This document shows positions 28,207-36,678 of a stretch of DNA of 64,000 nt, piece by piece. The translations under genes were made by a program, and so were the position numbers. The stretch is from an uncultured Rikenellaceae bacterium (GTDB lineage: Bacteria > Bacteroidota > Bacteroidia > Bacteroidales > VadinHA17), in NCBI GenBank assembly GCA_964522415.1, contig CAZFVQ010000001.1, positions 131,569 through 195,568 on the forward strand, in the 5' to 3' direction. The notes below the pieces were generated by a model that worked only from the letters and a program-made list of their open reading frames with translations, made no database searches and was not told the DNA's origin. Positions within the stretch are counted from its first letter, which is position 1. Every line of letters starts with the position of its first letter.

Positions 28207-29694
28207 ATGAAAAAGTTTAGACTGATATTAATTATTATATTATCTTCGACAGCGGTGCTTCATGCACAAAACTTTGATGATGCCTTAAGATATTCCCAGA
28301 TATTTTATGGCGGAACTGCAAGATTCATGTCAATGGGAGGTGCTTTTACCGCTCTTGGCGGCGATATCTCGACATTGAGTCAGAACCCGGCCGGAATCGG
28401 ACTTTTCCGTTCCTCGGAGGTTTCTTTTACTCCCCAGTTGTTTCATGTAAAAACCACTTCCGATTTAAGCAGTATCAGCTCCGACTTCCTCTATAATTTC
28501 AATCTCAATCAGGCCGGACTGGTTGCAAACCTCATCAACAGGAACACGGAATCGGGCCTTCTGACCCTTAATTTCGGATATACATACACTATGAGGAGCA
28601 ATCTGAATCAGAACGGACTGATCAGGGGAATCAGCAGCAGGGGTTCCATGGCTGATTACTGGGCTGATATCAGTAAAGGTCTGTTCAAGGAGGAACTTTT
28701 CGACTATGCTGCCGATGCTGATCTTGCCCTCTGGGCAGGCCTGATAGACACCCTTCCCGGATATTCAAGACAATATGGTTCTATTTTCGAATATTATGGC
28801 GACAGCGATGTAGCGGATTACGGACAGACAGTAAGAAGACTGATTTCAAACGAGGGCAATACCACGGATCATTCATTTTCCATCGGAGGCAACTATTCAA
28901 ACAAACTGTATTTTGGACTGACTATGGGAATTTCAAGTATCAGCTACATAAGTCATTATGAGCATCTTGAAACTACGGGAGAGATAGCTCCGTATGGTCT
29001 GGACAATTTCAACTATGCCCTTTATTATGAAAATACGGGCCGGGGTTTATCGGCTAAACTGGGTGTGATTTTCAAACCTGTCGAAACTGTACGCATTGGT
29101 CTGGGAGTCCATTCCCCGACATTGTATAAGATAGACGAATATATACATGACAATATAACATCGGCATATACTGACGGAGACAAGTTTAGTTTCAAAAATG
29201 ACCCTTCCAGGTACAGCTATGCTCTGACCACGCCGGTCAGATTCCTTTCAGGCCTTGCAGTCCAGATAGGCAAGATCGGATTGATAAGTGCCGATTATGA
29301 GCTTGTTGATTATTCCGCTTCGAGATTTTCAGAAACCGGGGATGGTTATGACTACAGCCAGAAAAATGAAGCCATAGCACAAAATCTCCGACAGGCAAGC
29401 AATATTCGTCTGGGTGCTGAAGTGAGACACAATCACCTCTATTTCAGAGGCGGATATGGATATTACGGCAAGGCATTTTCGAAGGACGATATCAACAGGG
29501 GACTTGACTACCAGTCATTTTCCCTCGGAGCAGGTTTCCGGGAGCAGAATATATTTGTAGATATAGGTTTTTCACGACTGACCAACTCACAGAAATATAT
29601 TCTTTTCCAGAGTTCGGCCGGTGATGCAATATCACATATGAACATTGGCAGGAATATGTTTACTCTGACATTAGGATACAGGTTTGGTTACTGA
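28207..29694 (+). CDS. Outer-membrane beta-barrel protein, FadL/PorV-like (uncharacterised subfamily)
   Basis: Signal peptide ending LHAQ, an N-terminal block GTARFMSMGGAFTALGGDISTLSQNPAGIG resembling FadL-type barrels, and a C-terminal LTLGYRFGY. Confidence 0.55.
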   Translation: MKKFRLILIIILSSTAVLHAQNFDDALRYSQIFYGGTARFMSMGGAFTALGGDISTLSQNPAGIGLFRSSEVSFTPQLFHVKTTSDLSSISSDFLYNFNLNQAGLVANLINRNTESGLLTLNFGYTYTMRSNLNQNGLIRGISSRGSMADYWADISKGLFKEELFDYAADADLALWAGLIDTLPGYSRQYGSIFEYYGDSDVADYGQTVRRLISNEGNTTDHSFSIGGNYSNKLYFGLTMGISSISYISHYEHLETTGEIAPYGLDNFNYALYYENTGRGLSAKLGVIFKPVETVRIGLGVHSPTLYKIDEYIHDNITSAYTDGDKFSFKNDPSRYSYALTTPVRFLSGLAVQIGKIGLISADYELVDYSASRFSETGDGYDYSQKNEAIAQNLRQASNIRLGAEVRHNHLYFRGGYGYYGKAFSKDDINRGLDYQSFSLGAGFREQNIFVDIGFSRLTNSQKYILFQSSAGDAISHMNIGRNMFTLTLGYRFGY

Positions 29695-29722
29695 TTATTT
29701 GTTTGACTTCCTTTGGATGAAG

Positions 29723-29747
29723 GCCTCCGGTAACGGAGGCTTTCTTT
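29723..29747 (+). terminator. Rho-independent terminator after the barrel gene
   Basis: GCCTCCG-GTAA-CGGAGGC followed by TTTCTTT, 28 nt after the stop at 29694. Confidence 0.75.
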
Positions 29748-30351
29748 ACAGATAATCAGGAGTTCCCGGACCCATATTGAAAATAAGGTCAATAATGCTC
29801 AGTTGCGGAACAAATCCGTGTTTATCTCTGAAAACCTGAAAATATTCCTTTTGGCTGAATGAGCTTTCTTTTTTCGGATCGATGGAATATCTGAAATCGC
29901 CTTCAGCATTCCTGACCGGCATAAATGTTTTAGTATATTTTATTTCTACATTGATATTCAGTAGTTTAAGCAGTGTTGTCAGCAGATCCATATTCAGATC
30001 CAGCAGATATTTATATCTGCGGAGTAAGATTTCTTCAATGACTCCGAAATAATAAATAAAAAAGGCAGATGAGCCATAGGCTGATGCAAGTGCTCCGATA
30101 TGAACCTTTTGCCATCTCCGTGTGTAATCTATCCTGATGTCCCTGACGGGTGTTTTGTGGAAACTTCCCAGGAAAACCGGTACAACAAGATGTCCGGGTC
30201 CCTGGGATGTCAGTATATAGCAACGGTTACGGTATGATTGCTTCCGGTAGTTTTCTTCTGCTTCAATGAATACTTTTTCTGCCCTGACGATTTTTGAAAA
30301 ATATTCAACAGGAGGCAGATATGCACTTGTAACAAAAATATTCCCAGGCAT
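29746..30351 (-). CDS. WbqC-like family protein (function unknown)
   Basis: N-terminal block SAYLPPVEYFSKI ... ENYRKQSYRNRCYI typical of the WbqC-like family; starts 12 nt after the larB stop. Confidence 0.7.
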   Translation of the reverse strand: MPGNIFVTSAYLPPVEYFSKIVRAEKVFIEAEENYRKQSYRNRCYILTSQGPGHLVVPVFLGSFHKTPVRDIRIDYTRRWQKVHIGALASAYGSSAFFIYYFGVIEEILLRRYKYLLDLNMDLLTTLLKLLNINVEIKYTKTFMPVRNAEGDFRYSIDPKKESSFSQKEYFQVFRDKHGFVPQLSIIDLIFNMGPGTPDYL

Positions 30352-30363
30352 GGTCGGGAGTAG

Positions 30364-31113
30364 TCATTTCATCCTGTTTATCATACTTGCCGAAAAACCG
30401 GCACCGAATCCGTTGTCAATATTTACAACCGTTACCCCGGCAGAACAGCTTGTAAGCATTGCAAGCAAAGCAGAGATACCGCCTAAACTGGCTCCATACC
30501 CGACGCTTGTGGGAACGGCTATTATTGGTTTGTTGACAAGTCCTCCCACGACACTTGCAAGGGCACCTTCCATTCCTGCAATGACTATTATTACCTTACA
30601 GCTTCTTATTTCCGGCAGTTTGTCAACCAGCCTGTGAATACCTGCAACGCCTGCATCATAGATCCTGATAATCCTGTTGCCAAGGAGTTCCGCGGTAACG
30701 GCAGCTTCTTCCGCTACGGGAATATCGGATGTTCCCGCAGTAATGACGGCAATACAGGTATCGGGCATTTCCGGTTTTTTCTTCTGAATGGATATTATTT
30801 TTGCTTCTTCATAATAATGAGCGTCGGGACAGATTTCCCTGACAGCTTCATACATCGCTGAATCAGCCCTGGTGCCTACTATATTGTTTTCCTTTTCAGA
30901 CATTATCCTGAAAATTTCCTTTACCTGTCCGGTGGTTTTACCGGCACAATAAACTATTTCCGGATATCCGGTCCTGATCTCCCTGTGGTGATCAATCCTG
31001 GCAAATCCAAGATCGGTATAGGGGAATGATTTCAGCACTTCAAGAGCTTCAGGAACGCTTTTTAATCCATTCCTGACGTCAGTGAGAAGTTTCTCAATTT
31101 CTTTTCCTGTCAT
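30364..31113 (-). CDS. larB: Nickel-pincer cofactor biosynthesis protein LarB (PurE-like NaAD carboxylase/hydrolase)
   Basis: 249 aa. N-terminal region with FARIDHHREIRTGYPEIVYCAGKT, then a PurE-like Rossmann part (IAVITAGTSDIPVAEEA, IVIAGMEGALASVVGG). Confidence 0.85.
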   Translation of the reverse strand: MTGKEIEKLLTDVRNGLKSVPEALEVLKSFPYTDLGFARIDHHREIRTGYPEIVYCAGKTTGQVKEIFRIMSEKENNIVGTRADSAMYEAVREICPDAHYYEEAKIISIQKKKPEMPDTCIAVITAGTSDIPVAEEAAVTAELLGNRIIRIYDAGVAGIHRLVDKLPEIRSCKVIIVIAGMEGALASVVGGLVNKPIIAVPTSVGYGASLGGISALLAMLTSCSAGVTVVNIDNGFGAGFSASMINRMK

Positions 31114-31916
31114 TTTTCGGAATTATATGGGTGATCCATGCTGCCTGTTCTGTATCCTTCGAGGTCTAAAGATACATATCTGAAACCTATTTCCTTCAAA
31201 TAGGATATTATGGATTTTCTGTCCGGATCCCTGACAAGCTTTTCCAGGTAACCGGGAATACACTCTATTCTTGCAATATCACCGTGTATCCTCACTCTTG
31301 TGCCCGGGAATCCTTTTTCAAAAAGAAAATCCTCAGCTTTTTCAACCATTGTGAGAATATCTTCGCTTATTCTGGTATCATAGGGTATTCTGGTAAGCAG
31401 GCATGACATTGCCGGTTTCTCCCATAGGGAAAGTCCTGCCTCCCGTGCATGTTCCCTTATTTCCGGTCTTGACAGTCCGGCTTCGGCAAGAGGACTTCTG
31501 ACCTGCATCTCATTAAGAGCTTTCAGACCCGGTCTGTATAAATTAAAATCATCAGCGTTTGTTCCGTCCAGAATATATTCATAGTTGTTTTCACGGGCAA
31601 AATCAATTATTCTGTCAAAAAGAATTCTTTTGCACAGATAACACCTTTCAGATGGATTGTGCCTGATTTCACGGGGAAAGGGAATTTCGATGATCCTGTG
31701 ACTGATGCCATGTTCTGAAGTGAAATTTACAGCTTCTTTTATTTCCCGTTCCGGAATATATTTTGTTTTAATTGTAACTGCTTTAAAATCAAGATTTCCA
31801 AACGTGTTCGCCCTGTGAATCAGGAATGAACTGTCGAGTCCGCCCGAAAATCCGATTACGAAGGATCTGAGATTCCTGAGTATGGAATCCAGCTTCTGGA
31901 GTTTAATGTCTGACAT
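31110..31916 (-). CDS. larE: ATP-dependent sacrificial sulfur transferase LarE (PP-loop ATPase)
   Basis: PP-loop GFSGGLDSS and a Cys-bearing loop AMSCLLTRIPY. It overlaps the larB start by 4 nt. Confidence 0.85.
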   Translation of the reverse strand: MSDIKLQKLDSILRNLRSFVIGFSGGLDSSFLIHRANTFGNLDFKAVTIKTKYIPEREIKEAVNFTSEHGISHRIIEIPFPREIRHNPSERCYLCKRILFDRIIDFARENNYEYILDGTNADDFNLYRPGLKALNEMQVRSPLAEAGLSRPEIREHAREAGLSLWEKPAMSCLLTRIPYDTRISEDILTMVEKAEDFLFEKGFPGTRVRIHGDIARIECIPGYLEKLVRDPDRKSIISYLKEIGFRYVSLDLEGYRTGSMDHPYNSEK

Positions 31917-31952
31917 GTTTCTTATGTAATCATTCTGGTTCTTCAGGGAATT

Positions 31953-33254
31953 TTATTCCCTGAAAATTGTAGCGATAATCTTATTGTAGACTTCCCTGAC
32001 AGGTATTCCTTTTTCATTTGCAATCCGTTTGCAATCTGAATATTCCGGTTTGACAGAAACTTCCCTGCCGTTGTGGAAGGAACGTTTCACCATGATTTTA
32101 CCGAAAACAGTATTGATTTGTTCAAATTTTCTTTCCAGGGTGTCTTTTTTATATTCAATTGTCCGGATACCGACCGAGGTTGATTCGGTAAATATTATTT
32201 CCTTCAGGATATCATCGTTTCCCTTTTCACAGATAACGTTCAGAATGCTTCCGGGTCTTCCTTTCTTCATTATTGTGCCGGTAACATATACATCCGAGGC
32301 TCCTGCTGCAAAAAGCTTTTCTGATAAATGGTCATAGAATTCCGGATTCATGTCATCAATATTGCACTGAAGGAGCAATGCATCGTGTCCGCTTGTCCTG
32401 CCTTCGCTTTCAGCAAGAAAAACCCTGAGCATGTTTGGTATGCCGGGATCTTCTTTCTGGCCTACGCCATATCCGGTTTTAAGAATCCTGAAGCCGGGCA
32501 GATCTGAAAAATGTGTTCCAAGAGAAGCCAGGATTGCAGCACCTGTCGGGGTTGTTGCTTCAAAACCGGCTCCGCCAATTTTTACCTCCACTCCTTTTAT
32601 TATTTCCGCTGTCGCAGGTGCGGGTACGGGAAGCCTGCCATGGCTGCAGTTTACGAATCCGCTGCCAAGTTCAACGGGACCAACGAAAACCGCATCAACA
32701 CCGAGAGTATTGAAACATATAGCTGCACCCACGGTATCCACAATTGAATCAATTGCACCAACTTCATGAAAATGAACATCTTCAAGAGCAAGCCCGTGTA
32801 CCTTTGATTCGGCTTCTGCCACTTTCAAAAATATCTTTTTGCTCAGTTCCTTTGTTTTAGAATCAATCTGTGAATTATCTATAATTTTTACTATGTCAGA
32901 AAGATTCCTGTCAACGTGATCGTGATGGTGATCGTGATCGTGTCCGTGATGGTGATCGTGATCGTGATCGTGATCGTGATGGTGATCGTGATCGTGATGG
33001 TGATCGTGATCGTGATCGTGCCCGTGATCGTGTCCGTGATCATGTCCGTGATCATGTCCAGCAAGCCTTACCGTTACTTTTGTTCCGGAAATACCATGCC
33101 TCTGATCCTTTTCAACCAGTATTTCCCATCCCGGAAGGTTTAGCTTCTCCAGTTCCCCGAGCAGATAATCCTTGTCAACGCCAAGATCGATCATCGCACC
33201 CAGGTTCATATCTCCGCTTATTCCCGAGAAACAATCATAATACAAGATTTTCAT
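31953..33254 (-). CDS. larC: Nickel insertion protein LarC (DUF111 cyclometallase) with a long His/Asp tract
   Basis: Canonical N-terminus MKILYYDCFSGISGDMNLGAMIDLG, a ~50-residue (H/D/G) tract and a single fused 433-aa ORF. Confidence 0.9.
   Translation of the reverse strand: MKILYYDCFSGISGDMNLGAMIDLGVDKDYLLGELEKLNLPGWEILVEKDQRHGISGTKVTVRLAGHDHGHDHGHDHGHDHDHDHHHDHDHHHDHDHDHDHHHGHDHDHHHDHVDRNLSDIVKIIDNSQIDSKTKELSKKIFLKVAEAESKVHGLALEDVHFHEVGAIDSIVDTVGAAICFNTLGVDAVFVGPVELGSGFVNCSHGRLPVPAPATAEIIKGVEVKIGGAGFEATTPTGAAILASLGTHFSDLPGFRILKTGYGVGQKEDPGIPNMLRVFLAESEGRTSGHDALLLQCNIDDMNPEFYDHLSEKLFAAGASDVYVTGTIMKKGRPGSILNVICEKGNDDILKEIIFTESTSVGIRTIEYKKDTLERKFEQINTVFGKIMVKRSFHNGREVSVKPEYSDCKRIANEKGIPVREVYNKIIATIFRE
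32916..33068 (-). repeat. Hexanucleotide-type coding microsatellite (plus strand GTGATC/GTGATG/GTGTCC units) encoding the LarC His-Asp tract
   Basis: About 25 near-tandem 6-nt units are visible directly in the sequence. They translate to GHDHGHDHGHDHGHDHDHDHHHDHDHHHDHDHDHDHHHGHDHDHHHDH. Confidence 0.9.
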
Positions 33255-33352
33255 CTGTCTGTAATTTTAATGGTCAGATAATTTGTCCCGGTTTATCGGG
33301 AACTCCCATGAATCCAAAGTCATACCCGTGTATGTAAATTCTTTGCATGGTC
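33255..33352 (-). promoter_or_regulatory. Conserved ~100-nt 5' leader element, copy A (abuts the larC start codon)
   Basis: About 90 percent identical to 41974-42076 upstream of purA, in the same orientation and the same register relative to the ATG. Not coding: the indels break the frame between copies. Confidence 0.6.
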
Positions 33353-33530
33353 CTTTCATCTATCTGTTAATTTATATATATGGTATAACAACTAAAAATG
33401 CATAAGGTTAAGAGTCCTTCATTCATTTCGTGGGCTAATATACGATAACAAACTGTTAAAGATTAGTAAAAAAATCGTATTTTGTGCCACTTATTGTTGG
33501 GGCAGGATTTAATTTTATTATTTTGTTGCA

Positions 33531-34454
33531 ATGAAAAGAAGAGATTTTATAAAGACGTCTGCCGGTGCGGGTTTGGGTGCAGGATTTGCATTTGGGGCAG
33601 GCAGGCGCGATGATTTTTTCAGGGCATCTCAGGGCAGGTCCGACAAATATGATATGGTTGCTGTTATGGGAGGCAGCCCGGCAGCAATGTTTGATCTTGC
33701 TGTTCAGGAACTGGGAGGTATGGGGACTTTTGTGAAGAAGGGGCAGAAAGTGCTTGTGAAGCCCAACATAGGATGGGATGTGGTTCCGGAACTCGCGGCG
33801 AACACGAATCCTCTGCTGGTCAGAAGGGTTATAGAGCATTGTCTGAAGGCAGGAGCCAGGGAAGTATATGTATTTGACCACACAATTGATAACTGGGTAA
33901 ACTGCTACAGGAATTCCGGCATTGAAAGGGCTGCAAAGCAGGCCGGTGCCAAGGTGGTTCCTGCAGGAAGCGAGAAATATTACCAGGAGGTGAGCATCCC
34001 CGGCGGGATAAAGCTCCGCAGGGCCAAGGTCCATGAACTGATCCTTGATACGGATGTGTTTATCAATGTACCGGTTGTCAAGGATCATAACTCCGTAAGA
34101 ATGACATGCAGTCTTAAAAACATGATGGGTGTTGTGTGGGACAGGGCCTACTGGCATAAAAACGATCTGAATCAGTGTATAGTGGATTATGCGATGTTTC
34201 ATAAGAAGCCTGCCCTGAATGTGATTGACTGCTATAATGTAATGGTTCAGCACGGTCCGCAGGGTGTTTCAAAAGCCGATGTTGTTCAGATGAAATCATT
34301 GATTCTGGCAACTGACTGGGTTGCAGGTGATGCTGCTGCATCAAGGATGCTTGGAACAGAAACCTCGAAAATTGAATATATTCCCATGGCACACAAGCTG
34401 GGACTTGGCACAATGGATATTGACACTTTGAATATCAAAAGAATAAAAATGTAA
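33531..34454 (+). CDS. Tat-exported DUF362 domain protein
   Basis: Twin-arginine signal MKRRDFIKTSAGAGLGAGFAFGAG, plus DUF362-type blocks VLVKPNIG and INVPVVKDHNSVRMTCSLKNMMG. Confidence 0.75.
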   Translation: MKRRDFIKTSAGAGLGAGFAFGAGRRDDFFRASQGRSDKYDMVAVMGGSPAAMFDLAVQELGGMGTFVKKGQKVLVKPNIGWDVVPELAANTNPLLVRRVIEHCLKAGAREVYVFDHTIDNWVNCYRNSGIERAAKQAGAKVVPAGSEKYYQEVSIPGGIKLRRAKVHELILDTDVFINVPVVKDHNSVRMTCSLKNMMGVVWDRAYWHKNDLNQCIVDYAMFHKKPALNVIDCYNVMVQHGPQGVSKADVVQMKSLILATDWVAGDAAASRMLGTETSKIEYIPMAHKLGLGTMDIDTLNIKRIKM

Positions 34455-34460
34455 TTACCG

Positions 34461-36020
34461 ATGTGGTCAACTTTCTTGAGAAGCTTCCGGATATTTTTTT
34501 CAGCATTCATAGTTATTTGTTTCATTGTTGTCTTCAGTGATTTTAAATACATTATCCCGTCAAAATACATCAATTTCCTTTTATGGTTTCAGTTTGTTCC
34601 TTCGGCAGTGAAATTTTATGATCTCTTTACACTGGCTGCCGCAGGATTTGCCGGAGTGCTGGTACTGACACTGATTACCGGAAGAACTTATTGTTCATTC
34701 CTGTGTCCTCTCGGGATAGCCCAGGATATTAACAGCAGGATAGGGGGCAGGGTCCGAAGGAAATTCCGCAGATACGGCTATAAGAAACCATTCACCATAC
34801 TGAGATACCTGATTCTTGCTGTTGTACTTGTAGTGACCTTTTTTTCCGGTATTTATCTTCTTTCCCTGCTTGATCCTTACGCCATATTCGGCAGATCAGT
34901 GACCATGTTCATTAAACCGCTTGTGGTTGTAATGAATAATTTCCTTGTCTGGATACTCGCGAAGTTTGACAATTACAGTCTCAGCCATATAACCGCAGGC
35001 GGCTTCAAGCTTGTTTCCCTTGCAATACCGGCAGTATTTTTTCTTCTTGTGGCAGGACTCTCACTTACCAAAGGCCGTTTGTACTGCAACATGATTTGTC
35101 CTGTGGGTACTCTTCTTGGTTTTTTATCGAAAATATCCTTCCTGAGGATCAGGTTTGATGTGGACAAATGTACCAAATGCGGCAGATGTTCGCTTGGATG
35201 CAAATCGTCCTGTATTGATTTCATTAACCACAGTGTTGATGTTTCAAGATGTGTTGCCTGCTTCAATTGTATCAATATATGTCCTGACAAGGCCCTGTCC
35301 TACGGACCGGTACGTCTTAAAAAGAAATCCCGTCCCGTGGATGAAAACAGGAGAAAACTTATTGCCGGCTCACTTGCTGCCTTATTTGGTGTTCCGGCTC
35401 TTTTGAAGAGTCAGGACAGTAAAACACCCATACCCCTGATCCTTTCCACAGTACCCGAGAACAGGACATGTCCTGTTGCTCCTCCGGGAGCCGGATCCCT
35501 GGAAGAATTCAACAGGACCTGCGTTGCATGCTCACTTTGCATAACTGCTTGTCCGAACGAAGTGCTGGTTCCCGCTTTTCTGCAGTATGGTATTGCCGGG
35601 ATCATGCAGCCGGTGATGGATTACAATAAAAGTTTCTGTACTTACAACTGTACCAGATGCACGGAAATCTGTCCCACGTATTCCCTGCGTCCCCTGGAGA
35701 TTGAAGCCAAAAAGCTCACACAGCTTGGAAAGGTTGTTTTTATTAAGGATAATTGCATTGTTAAAACTGAAAAGACGGCCTGCGGTGCCTGTTCTGAGTC
35801 ATGTCCTACAAAAGCTGTGTATATGATACCCTATGAAGGCAATCTTCTGATACCTGAAACCAATACTGATATCTGTATAGGTTGCGGGCATTGTGAATTT
35901 GCCTGTCCCACCAAGCCTTACAAGGCGATATTTGTGGATGGTAATCCGGTACATCTGACCGCAGATAAACCGCTTGAGGAAGAATCTGATATACAGGCTC
36001 CCGTCGAATTTCCCTTTTAA
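34461..36020 (+). CDS. Membrane-anchored polyferredoxin (NapH/MauN-like 4Fe-4S protein)
   Basis: Several TM helices with CSFLCPLG and CNMICPVG (CxxxCP) motifs. About six ferredoxin-type Cys clusters follow ([65 protein letters not shown]). Confidence 0.8.
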   Translation: MWSTFLRSFRIFFSAFIVICFIVVFSDFKYIIPSKYINFLLWFQFVPSAVKFYDLFTLAAAGFAGVLVLTLITGRTYCSFLCPLGIAQDINSRIGGRVRRKFRRYGYKKPFTILRYLILAVVLVVTFFSGIYLLSLLDPYAIFGRSVTMFIKPLVVVMNNFLVWILAKFDNYSLSHITAGGFKLVSLAIPAVFFLLVAGLSLTKGRLYCNMICPVGTLLGFLSKISFLRIRFDVDKCTKCGRCSLGCKSSCIDFINHSVDVSRCVACFNCINICPDKALSYGPVRLKKKSRPVDENRRKLIAGSLAALFGVPALLKSQDSKTPIPLILSTVPENRTCPVAPPGAGSLEEFNRTCVACSLCITACPNEVLVPAFLQYGIAGIMQPVMDYNKSFCTYNCTRCTEICPTYSLRPLEIEAKKLTQLGKVVFIKDNCIVKTEKTACGACSESCPTKAVYMIPYEGNLLIPETNTDICIGCGHCEFACPTKPYKAIFVDGNPVHLTADKPLEEESDIQAPVEFPF

Positions 36021-36046
36021 GCATACTGAGTTTGCAGATAATTACT

Positions 36047-36460
36047 ATGACTCCCACACATATAGAACATATAGGAATTGCAGTAAAGAATCTTGAATCA
36101 GCAATCGGATTCTATGAAAGGGTTATTGGTCTGAAGTGCCATAAAATTGAAGAAGTGCCTGATCAGAAAGTTAGAGCAGCATTTTTCCGGGTTGGCCGGA
36201 CCACCATTGAATTACTGGAAGCAACGGATAATGACAGCCCTGTTGCCAGGTTTATCGAAAAGAAAGGAGAAGGCATGCATCATCTTGCCTTTGCAGTGGA
36301 AGATATTGAAAAAGACCTGGGTGAGATCAGGGATAAGGGGATCAGGCTTATCGATACTGTTCCGCGAAAAGGTGCGGGAAGTATGGATATTGCATTCATC
36401 CATCCGGAATCTTCCGGCGGAGTTCTTATTGAGCTCTGTGGGAAAAGAAATGAGAAATAA
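36047..36460 (+). CDS. VOC/glyoxalase-fold protein, methylmalonyl-CoA epimerase-like
   Basis: [19 protein letters not shown] ... [11 protein letters not shown] ... [16 protein letters not shown] pattern typical of methylmalonyl-CoA epimerase. The ATG at 36047 is preferred over the TTG at 36032. Confidence 0.75.
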   Translation: MTPTHIEHIGIAVKNLESAIGFYERVIGLKCHKIEEVPDQKVRAAFFRVGRTTIELLEATDNDSPVARFIEKKGEGMHHLAFAVEDIEKDLGEIRDKGIRLIDTVPRKGAGSMDIAFIHPESSGGVLIELCGKRNEK

Positions 36461-36476
36461 TAATAACCTGAATAAT

Positions 36477-36644
36477 ATGAACATGGAAAAGTATGAATGC
36501 GAAATCTGCGGATATATTTATGATCCTGAGGAGGGAGATCCGGAAGGGGACATAAAGCCGGGAATACCTTTCAGCGATCTGCCGGATGATTATCTTTGTC
36601 CTGTATGTGCTGCAGGGAAGGAGGAATTCTTCGTCCTGAAATGA
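36477..36644 (+). CDS. Rubredoxin
   Basis: 55 aa, [22 protein letters not shown]...[15 protein letters not shown], with the two CxxCG-type knuckles. It is the only real coding part of the 165-aa track ORF 36147-36644. Confidence 0.9.
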   Translation: MNMEKYECEICGYIYDPEEGDPEGDIKPGIPFSDLPDDYLCPVCAAGKEEFFVLK

Positions 36645-36678
36645 CGGAGGTTTTGTCTTCAGGTACTGTATCCGGGTT

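Noticed and set aside
33456-34253. A 265-aa ORF on the minus strand, antisense to the DUF362 gene.
   Set aside because: Its composition is His/Cys/Ile-rich and not protein-like, and it contains no recognisable motif. It lies entirely inside a gene with clear family motifs and a Tat signal on the other strand. It also runs across the larC/DUF362 intergenic region. It is most likely a chance antisense ORF.
36147-36476. The N-terminal 110 codons of the 165-aa track ORF that overlaps the VOC/epimerase gene in another frame.
   Set aside because: The overlapping frame carries clear VOC-family motifs, whereas this part has none. Only the last 55 codons (36477-36644) form a canonical rubredoxin with its own ATG.
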